From the NCBI GenBank assembly GCA_951406725.2, contig OX597825.1, positions 40,114,001-40,178,000 of the forward strand: a stretch of 64,000 nt of DNA, read 5' to 3'. Position numbers and translations under genes: made by a program. The notes beneath the pieces are model-generated. The model ran no database searches, was not told the origin of the DNA, and saw only the letters and a list, made by a program, of their open reading frames with translations. Below are positions 53,405 to 64,000 of the stretch, one piece after another. Each line of letters starts with the position of its first letter. The first letter of the stretch is position 1. The stretch is from Octopus vulgaris. Taxonomy: Eukaryota.

Positions 53405-53805
53405 CATGAAGACAATGAAGGAACTGAAGAAGGCAAAGAAAAATATGAAAGAAAAGCTAAGAAGAATTAAGTGAAGTTGAAGAAGAAGGAAGGGGAAATG
53501 AAACAAATGGAAGGACAAGGGATAAAAGAGAAATAAAAAGGAATGAGAGAATTATAAGGTACCAAAAATTAGTGGCGTAAGAAAGAAAAACGGAGGAAGC
53601 AGAGATAAAAGAGGCAGCGGCAAAAGCAGTTGGAGGAGAAGAAGAAGAAGAAGGAGAAGAAAGAGCAGGAGAAGAAAAAGAAGGAGGAGGAGGGAAAATA
53701 ATAATAATAAGAAGAATTAAAAGAAGAAGAAGAAAAAGAAAAAGAAGAAGAAGAAGAGGAAGGAGGAGAAGAAGAAGTAGAAGAAGGAGAAGAAGAAGAA
53801 GAAGG
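53405..53805. repeat. Polypurine (GAA/GAG)n-rich tract
   Basis: Seen directly. Confidence 0.9.
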
Positions 53806-54479
53806 ATATATTGGCTCTATATTTTGAATGTGAAATGATGAACGCCCAATTGTCGGAGCATTTCCGAGTGTCAATGCAAACCGCAAAGTATAACTGTATT
53901 TTTTCTTCTGTTAAATAAAAACTGAAGAATGGAGACCCAAAACTTGAATGAACAAAGAGACGATTTTAGAAATAGAAGATTGTAGTATTCACAGATATAC
54001 AATCGGTCTATATGCTTCATGACTGAGGCTAAAAATGAGGCCAACATACCCTGTTGATGAGAGAAACTTTTGAATAATTATAAGGAGTTCCAATATCTGT
54101 GATATTTACATATATAACAGATAAGAATAATTTTAAAAATAACTATATTGGTTTATTAATTAAATTGCCTACTTTATAATTGCTGTCTTCATTGTATTTT
54201 TATTATATATGACACCATCGAATGTGTTAACTATAACTGGGAAACGACCACTAAACAACGAGATAACGCATATTCTATAATACTGATACGGTTTACATGC
54301 AGCTAGGAGATTTTGTAAGAATAACACTCTCCTAACTAATGGATTATATGGTAATAGACAAATTACGATTTGAGGGAAACATGAATGGAAGGTACATATT
54401 TATATGGGGATATTCAAGAGATTCTCTGTAAGTGATATATTGCAAGACTGAGTCGAACACTTTCCCGAATTTCAAAGTT

Positions 54480-55500
54480 TAATTAATTGTTCAAGTATAT
54501 CCCATACGAAGAGCTTTTATCCATCAAAATATTCCCGTCATATTTTTCTGTTTGTTGGCATTGTTGTGACAGGTACTCAATTCCTTGCTTCTACCATTTT
54601 GGTGGTTTGAGGCAAAAAACCTCTGCAGCCGTTTCCAAGCTCATCCATATTGTTGAACTCCATCTGTGCAGGAAATGAAGTGCGATTCGGAAAAGGTAGT
54701 GATCTGAGGGCTCAGGGTATGTATTACAGATACAGCGATGCAGAACTTCGAGCCCCTCAAGATCCACAATTTTGCGCTCGATCACATTAGCAGTATGTTC
54801 TGGTGCATTGTTATGTTGTAGGAATGCGCGTCTTCGATTGACTAATGCTGGGTACATGGTTTTCTAAATATCATATACTCGCAGCTTTTATTGAGTATAA
54901 AAGTTAACGTTAACAGCTTGACCATCTTGGGCAAGCTCAAAGTGTAACGCCCCATCGAAAATCAACACAAAACACAACACGATATTTTATTCAAACTGCC
55001 CTTGGTTGACAACAATATCTGAATACTGACCAAAATGTAACCATTAATTTCACTTACGAAACTAGATCCATTTTCCATCCCTAGTCAGAGTTCAATTCCA
55101 AAACAGGCATCTGGGGGTTTTGCCAACTGTTGTCTGCAAGTGTTAACATGTCGTTGAACCTCGCCATTTGTCACAGTTCTTCTTCACAGTTTTTGTTCAC
55201 AATCCCCAGCTTATAGAGATGTCAATTGATGGTACTTTGTGAAGAAACACATTCTGGCGACAGTGTACGAGTGCTTGTACTTTGTTGTTGTTTATTCCCT
55301 TTCATTCAAGGCCCCATTTTCTGCAACAGACAGTCTCCTTGACTTCGGCTTTTCTTCGAGGCTCATGTCATCTTCCTCGAACCGTCTGCGTCAGGTTTAT
55401 GTCCTTAGCGTTAAATGGCTCCAAATTACAATTTTCTCATCACTCATTATCGATGTTGTAAAATAAAGAATGAGTTCTATTTCGGATAGTATTTTTTTCT
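54480..55500 (-). mobile_element. Highly degenerate mariner transposon
   Basis: Minus-strand MYPALVNRRRAFLQHNNAPEHTA..LEGLEVL..PEPSDHYLFR. Confidence 0.7.
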
Positions 55501-55504
55501 TGCC

Positions 55505-55800
55505 TTATAAACACACACAATATATAGCAGTTCTTCACTTGTTTATTCTTGTTCTTATTTTATGTCCATTGTCTAGAAATCTTCTGTCACATACCTGTAA
55601 CCTAGTCGGTGACTTTCCGTCCCAAATGTCCTTGGACTTTGTTCGAGTCTCACATCGTCCTTGGACTACATGAGCCGGGACACGTGAGATGGATGGTCAC
55701 CGAAGAAGTCACAGGCGTGTAACGAAACATTTCCAGACAATGGTCATAGAATGGAGACAATAATAAAGTCAAAGACGAAATTATACAACGTGTGGTTATT
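55505..55800. repeat. Long imperfect palindrome (MITE/fold-back-like), arms roughly 130 bp
   Basis: Left arm tatgtccattgtctagaaatcttctgtcacatacctgtaacctagtcggtgac vs reverse complement of right arm tatgaccattgtctggaaatgtttcgttacacgcctgtgacttcttcggtgac. Pairing extends inward and outward. Confidence 0.8.
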
Positions 55801-56572
55801 TGGTTTTAAAAAGTGACCATCCGAAATATAGCAATATTTGTTTCAACACACTATTTCACATCAAGAATATCGCAAAACAAATTCATAGGCATAAAGTTAA
55901 TGTTCGTATGTTATATATAGCAATTACGAAGAAATAATCAGTGATGATTGGATTAGCTGTATCAAATTAATGATATAACAATCGAGATATAATATCATCC
56001 GAAAACTTTGTGAGTGAACCTGGTACTTCGTAGGAATGGAGGGTAATGGATTTAGAATTCTTGTCGAATTCACACAGTAATTGCAAGGAAACAAAAAAAT
56101 GTGTTGAAACAAGGAGAGAATTTGGTAAAAAATCACATTTCCATTAAAATATCTTTGCAGCATGCTGTTGGTGTTACCAGAGAAGCATTCTGTAGATTAA
56201 GCTATGTTTATTTATGTCATTATATTTTTTGTATATTTATTTTTGGTATGCAAAGAAAGGTAAAAGTTTGACGATAAATGCTATTTTTGGGAGGAACCGC
56301 ATATTATACATTAGAGGTATTACAATGTATATGATATGAAAACGACTTCTCCATTCAGACACTGAATTACAAAAGCCTACAATGTATCCTGAACATACTG
56401 GCCTTCAATTCACAACAAATGATTAAGAAGTGCTTTGATTTCAACAACAAATTGATGTTTTTTTCATGAATTCAGATAAAATTAGTTCTATCTTCATCAA
56501 TGATTGCGTAGGTAAATATAACAGATGAATGATTAAATGCAGTCAATAAGTTAAGTTAATTCAAACATAATA

Positions 56573-57210
<638 letters not shown>

Positions 57211-58299
57211 AATGTAAGTGGGTGAGGGTGGTATGAGTTAGACTTAATTTAGGAATAATATTATTTCCCGAGATAAAATTTGTGTATGTATATATATTGG
57301 AATTTTTATAAACAGAAACCAGGGCAGACATTTTCTTGTGTAAAAAAATAATAATTTGGAGAGAGCATTAAGAAAACAGTCAAACTTCAGGTTAGAATTA
57401 TTGGCACTAATCCTAAAAAGTCGAATTTTATAGTATTGAAATTATTACTTTACAAGTAATGTTGCCAAATTGTCTGCAATAATTTCTGTTTGAACACCAT
57501 CTTCTGAGAGAAGTAAAGTATCATAAGAAGCATTTCACTGTCTCTGACCTTTGACTTCAACTAAACGTATCTAAGTAATTCACTTTGAAAACTCGTATGA
57601 ATAATATTGCTAACTCGATTCTGAATATCTAAAATCGCATTATGAATTTTTACTTTAGTAGCATTGATGTATCTATTGAACAAATTATGCTATTCGCTTC
57701 AAGCAAATGCATGTTATTCATTGAAAATAGATTTTTGTTTTTCATATAAAAATTTGGGATTAAAATTTAACATGTTGGTGTAGTTTTACTGAAAGGAAAT
57801 CTTTTCAAAATATTTACTTATTAAATTATTATGTATCGCCTATTCATTAACCGAAGTTCATTTCTTAAATTAAACAATATAAGATGTTAAAATGCGAAGT
57901 ACGAAATGACGTAGCATTTAGCTATAAAAATGTCGCACACACGTATTTGTATTGCGTTTTTCCCAGAATTAGTCGTACAAATTACCATGTTTTGTGGTGT
58001 ATGTTCAATAGTTATCTCCAATATTAATAGCTACATCTAAACGAATATTTATTTTGAATTCATAAGGACTAATCTATATTGATACAGCATTCGCTGTATC
58101 AATATTCAGTCTGCTCTCACGAATCGCTACATGGCGAAGAACAAACAGAATTGTAATAGGTACTTCAATCATGTAAAACTCAACATCTGGTATTCAACTT
58201 ATATATTGACATTTTCCCATCGATGTCCATATACTGCATGTATCCAGCCCACTGTTCATTACTATATTATATATATGATATGATATGACATAGTTTTAA

Positions 58300-58505
58300 G
58301 GCTGCGGGCTGGCAGAATCCTTAGACAAAAATGCTTAGAGTTATTTCGTCTGTCATCCGGTTTTGAGATGGAATTCTGCCGTAGTTGAGTTTGTATTTCA
58401 TCGTTTCAGGATCACTAAAGTAAATACCACTTGAACACTGGCGTCGATTAATCGACTTATTTCTTGCCCCAACATTTCTGACCTTGTGCCAAAATTTGAA
58501 ACCAA
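58300..58505 (+). mobile_element. tRNA-derived SINE (family B), degenerate
   Basis: Similar to 15945-16160. Confidence 0.65.
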
Positions 58506-59478
58506 TATGACATAGCTTGATGATTTGGGATTAGGACCCTGGATATAAGTTCAGTGTCCAAAATATATGGTTTTATATGCGAATAATCGGATATATTTTG
58601 ATATTTCAAGGAGAATCATGTGGTTTTGTTATGTAAATGAGAAATAAAGTAGGAATGATTCCTATTAAAATCACTATCATATTTAGTTGTCAATGTTGAT
58701 ACTCCTAAGCAATCCCGCTCTCATACAGCAAAAAATATGATTTGTATCTTCAGTGAGAAACTAGTCAACTAGTAACTCTAAATATACCACAGCTGAAAAA
58801 TAGCAAGACAAGAGATGCACAAGTATTTCCATATTATTGTCAGAAGGCAAATACAAGAGATTTGATGTAAGTGTTAAACAGTAAAAAATAATTGATATAC
58901 GATTGCAATATCCCCTTAGAGCGTAACTGGTTGTTTTTTCTTCCTGGTCTATCTGAAGGAGTATATTCAGTTTTTATCAATTTCTATTGGAGAAATTCAA
59001 GTAATAAAATTAATTTCGGCATCGATCTTTAATGATGCAATGACTCCTTTCGAAATCAATCAAATATAAAGCTGAAATTGTACTAAAAAGAAATTAAGGA
59101 AGTTTTACAGTAGTAAAACACTATTCTCTGACTGAACACTATTTGTTTTGGCAGAGAAAGTGTTTAAATTGTGACCATCAATTGAGTGAATGTGGTGGAA
59201 CGCTAGATTGACAGTCCTTTCAAAATATCTTCGTATGATTAATGGGTAAATTTTCTCAAGTGTCACAAAGGTGAGCTCAATAACGCTCTAGATTAAGAAA
59301 TCGAAAGTATGCCAATATTTTCCATCAGGATGTATGAATTTGAATTATGACATTAAAAACACGAAGATTAATTTTCATAATTTGTATCATAATTGAGACA
59401 TTTTTAAGGGATTAAAAATTGCGTGAATAGATATACTTAAAAGAAACTCTCTACCAGAAAACTTACCATCATAAATAT

Positions 59479-59512
<34 letters not shown>

Positions 59513-60394
59513 GACACAATTAGAGGAAGAATATTTAGTTTATTTACATAAAGTATAAATAAATATAGTAACTTGTTACTGCATTCCTGTTATATAACTT
59601 AAATAATTCTATACAAAATACGTAATTTAAAAACTTCTGGTGACATTTTAGCACGTAAAATATTTGTTAAGAGTGTGTATTATATATTAAAGTAACTCCA
59701 TATTTTATATTCTAAAAATGATATCTGCTTTAGTAAACAGATCGTACAGAGTGGGACTTGCAACGGACTTTTAAAATACAGACATTCCAAAATAAGATAT
59801 GCAGGTCTTCTCTATTTCATACGTTCTGCTTGGTCTTTTATGTGTTGGTTCACTTGAAAAACACGGGTATTGAAAGGGAATTTCAGAATTTGGCGCTCTT
59901 GTGAAGTTCGCTAAATAATTTAGTATACGTGATACTAACTAGTCCGGGTAGTATACTGTGAACTGATTTACTAAAGCAGATATATGTATCATGTTACTAA
60001 ATGAAAGAAGCTATACATTTATAAATGAAATTATGATTGACTGTAATCGTGTTAACAACTTAGGTTTCCGAAAAAAGTTAAGAACCAATGGCAGGTGATA
60101 TACAATCTGAGTCAATGAAACGTGATTACCAAGTTTATTTGTGTATGTTATAGTTTTTCAACAAATGATTAGCGATAGACCTCTATTTTAATTATATTTT
60201 AAGTTAAATTTCGTATTTATTAGACTTCCACTTTCTATTAATATGCGTAAGTATAGCGGCAGCAGCCGTGCACGTATAGGAGTAGATCAAATATGCTAAA
60301 GTACTTGATATTTGTGAGGTACTTAAACTGATTTGATTTGTGATGTATTCACGAAAAGTGGCTCAAAGCCACTTTTCCCTACCGCTCCTTTGAC

Positions 60395-60655
60395 CAAATT
60401 CTTGGGAGAGAGTTGCCGAGACGCTGCTCAAAATGGCGGCATGTCATTGTAGTGGGAACAACATTTATGGAAAATAACAGACATTGAATGGCAGAGATCA
60501 AACGTTGAAGACGCAAAGAGCGACTGGTTCTTCTTCGTCCCTCTCCAATCCTACTTTGTGATAAGTGTTCGCCGTTCTTCTATACCACCTTTGGCTTGAA
60601 CAGCCATCTCAGGTACCGAGATATACACTAATTGATACTGACGATGGCGGAGATA
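60395..60655 (+). mobile_element. 3' fragment of an RTE-clade LINE
   Basis: WERVAE..KWRHVIVVGTTFMENNRH*MAEIKR*RRKER..LCDKCSPFFYTTFGLNSHLR matches the RTE C-terminal W..WR..G..E..KR..RK and CxxC..GLxSHxR pattern. Confidence 0.7.
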
Positions 60656-61009
60656 ACTGTAGTTTGGAAAACACGAGTCAGACTTCATGAACACCACCGT
60701 CACTGGTGGAGAGATATAGATGTTTGCTCTCTGCTAAATGCGTTTGGCCATCTTGAGTGAAAACGAACGCGCACTATACATCTGAACTGTAGGTATTATA
60801 GCCGAGAACTAACGGAGCCTGACGACACGATAATTTTCACGCATGTGGATGAAAAATGAAGTCATTAACAATTCCCGCCCAAAGGATTTTGTCCGCGCAG
60901 CATTACATTTGACGTGTAATATACCATCTCGGAAATACACACACACTCACGCATATTTGGTAAAAGAAAGATGGTGACAAAAAAACACGCGCTGTGTCTG
61001 TTAGCAATG

Positions 61010-61220
61010 CACTTTATTTCACGTTGCTCCAGTCAACTCAACTGGCAAAATGTGTTGTATCTATATTTGAAAGGGCTATGCTGAATCTCTTTGAGAATTA
61101 CGTTAACGATATACCTGTCTATGGAGTGCTCAACCACATGATCGTTAATTTCACAAGCAGACAGCTCCGTTGATCGGGTTAACTGGAACCCTTGTCGCCG
61201 TAAGCACCGGTAAGCCAGTT
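61010..61220 (+). mobile_element. 5'-truncated SINE family A
   Basis: cactttatttcacgttgctccagtcaactca..gttaatttcac..ccgttgatcg matches 26378-26600. Confidence 0.75.
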
Positions 61221-63045
61221 ATGTATGCATGTCTTTATGTATGTTTTATGTAACTATCCGTCAAAATATTATACAGGCATTAGAACACATATTATGCAGT
61301 TAACCATCATTTAACAATCCTACATATGAACCGAGAACTTTATATCTTTCCCAATGTTGCGTGACGTATTACAGCTTAAAGAATTTGTGAAGTAGACGTA
61401 TCAAACAAGCTCGCAAATACTAGAGTATTGTTTGAAATTTGATAATAATTACATAAGAAATTATTAAATTTCATCCAAAATTGCAATGCATTAACGTTTC
61501 CACCATCTCTAATGTGAAAATCTACTTGTGAAGAGGCTTGATTTTGTGTATCCGTATTTGATATATCTACCCCTTCTCAGTATCTAGTCAAATTTAAACT
61601 TGAGACATGAAGTGGTAAGATATGATTCCAATTATCAGAGCATCATAGGAAACACGCTTCTTAAAATAATTTAACTGTATTTTACTAAAATTGTAAACTT
61701 TGCTTCTAACATTGTGCTTGTGTGTGAAATGTTCTGTCGGAACGTATCCACAGAAATATAATAACGGTGTTCTCTCCAAGGATATGAAATTGTGATTAAA
61801 AATATTCAATTATATACGTTGTACTACGAATTGACGTTGGGCTTCTATTTCGATTCAGGTTGTTTTAGAAAGTATGAATTTGATCTGCTGGTGATACGAT
61901 TGGGATATACAGCCTAATTCTATATATTTACTGCCACCTGCAATAGTTGACATACTGTACTTGATTTACAAACATTTGAATAAGAATTAATTATATTTGC
62001 AGGGCAATCCATATTTGCAGGGGGCAATCCCTGGTTGAATCCCAGCACACCTATAGACAAGCCCTACTTTTCAAATGCAGTAATGGGCAATATAGAGTGG
62101 AATTATTACAAATTTTAAGAAAATGACATAATATATCACGTCTTGCATCTGTAGGTATCTAGCACTGTAAAAAAAATTCCTATTGTCAGCTAATATGTTG
62201 GGGTGTATTTTTCATATCCATTAATAGGCATAATTTTAAAAGTCACGAAAAGAGTGTAGACTACTCTTTCTTCAATAACTCAAACTTTGAAAAAACAGTA
62301 AGTTACGATGGCCAGTTAACTTTCTGACACAGATCCGACTTATGAATTACGAATGTCCACATGGCATATTTAAATTGTTTCTCTATTGGCAAAGATCGAG
62401 TAAATAAAAAAAAATACCTGCATGCTCCAGCTAGTATACGTACTGTACAAAATTCCTTTAATGCCATGATATTATACAGAAATGACTGCGTCACCGACAG
62501 AGTGGAATAGGTAACATCAGATATATTATCTTACAACAAACTTTATGATTTTGCAGAACTCTTATAATTAGTGATATCCAAGTTCAATAAAACCCCTCCT
62601 TCGGAATATTCATTCTTCATGGTTATCATATAATCTCTGAAAACATTCTCCATTGAATGTGAATAAAAAGAAACTAAATATAAAGCATGAAGCAATACAA
62701 ACATTGGTTATTTTAAAATCCTTTAAACGTTGTAACAATTTTTACATGCAGAATGATGTTTACAATTATAATTCAAAATAAATCGCAGCTGAATTACTCA
62801 ACAAATATAAAAAGGTATTAAAATATACATTCGTGAAAATTTACAATGCTTTTGGCCTATAATAATAAATATTGTATACAATTTGAATGCAATGACAGAA
62901 AAACTAGATATGCTAAAAGTAATGAGTTATATGATTGTACGGTTTTCCCGATCTAATCATTTAAATTTAAGACTCATCATGTGACAACAGGCGTAGTAAA
63001 CGTGTTTTCAAATAACAGCCAAAAGTTTTAGAATAAAATGTAAAG

Positions 63046-63180
<135 letters not shown>

Positions 63181-64000
63181 AAAGGGGAAATTGAAGAAGA
63201 ATAAAACCACAAAGAAGAAATTTTTAAAAAGGAACGAAAATTTATATGAAAATTAAGCCGCTGAAGAAGCGAAATGGAAAAAGAAATGTTTAGAGAGATG
63301 AGGAGGCAGGAGAAGTGAAATAAAGATAGTACGGTAATAATGGTCTGTGTCATCTTTTCAGTATTTTATCACATTTTAACGTTAGTTCTGTGATAGAAAT
63401 CTTTTTAATCGCTGTAGCATCTGTTGATTAGCAAATCTAACTTGTAGTTGTTGTATGAATTAAGATGTTTCTTTTCCTTCAAATTATGTAAAACATAAAA
63501 TCAAACATAATGCATTTATTAGCTGTATTTGGAGCCAAAAATAAATGGAAACTCGATATACATTAGAAAGAAAAATCATTCGGTTACATTTTCCTTTATT
63601 TCCTTCCTAATTTTGTCGAAATTCGATTTTAATTCACTGTCTCCATTATTATCATCACCGTCGTGTTCATGTTTAACCTCATCATCACCATAATTTATTT
63701 TCATAATCCGTATCATTTTCATCACTATCATTATCACTACAGCAAACATCAATGTTCAAATCATCTATATTATTAACGACGTCGTCCTAATCATCATCAT
63801 CATCATCACCACCGCCACCACCATCATTATTGGTGGCAGCAGCAGGAACAAAAGTGTTATTGTCGGCGTCCTCGCCGTCATCAATATGAACATCATCATC
63901 GAATTTATATAAGAATGTACAGATTATGAAAATACTACCTTATTTACAGTTTAACGTATATTGGTTCATATTATTATGAATTATGGAAAGAAAATAGTTA

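Noticed and set aside
60430-60445. YY1-like AAAATGGCGGC as a promoter or gene start
   Set aside because: It lies within an RTE C-terminal coding remnant (K-W-R codons).

Overview
AT-rich, repeat-saturated animal genomic DNA. The SINE families and dense TA/CA/AAT microsatellites resemble an Octopus/coleoid cephalopod genome (inference). I find no supportable host protein-coding gene; nearly all listed ORFs are microsatellite read-throughs or transposon remnants. The window contains: (i) R4/Dong-type restriction-like-endonuclease LINEs in or next to (TAA)n tracts, plus a non-coding ~450 bp element in the same kind of target; (ii) two Penelope-like (GIY-YIG) remnants and two different hammerhead ribozyme (HHR) families, namely a fully intact type I HHR at 43441-43559 and a ~150 bp repeat carrying a minimal HHR in 3 copies; (iii) several mariner/Tc1 elements, including a near-complete one with TIRs and TA TSD, a hAT-like relic, a piggyBac-type MITE and a probable solo LTR; (iv) RTE-derived pieces and tRNA-derived SINEs, including a head-to-tail SINE array; (v) an unusual number of perfect or long fold-back inverted repeats. 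Boundaries of degenerate elements are approximate, and family names come from motif recognition, not database searches.
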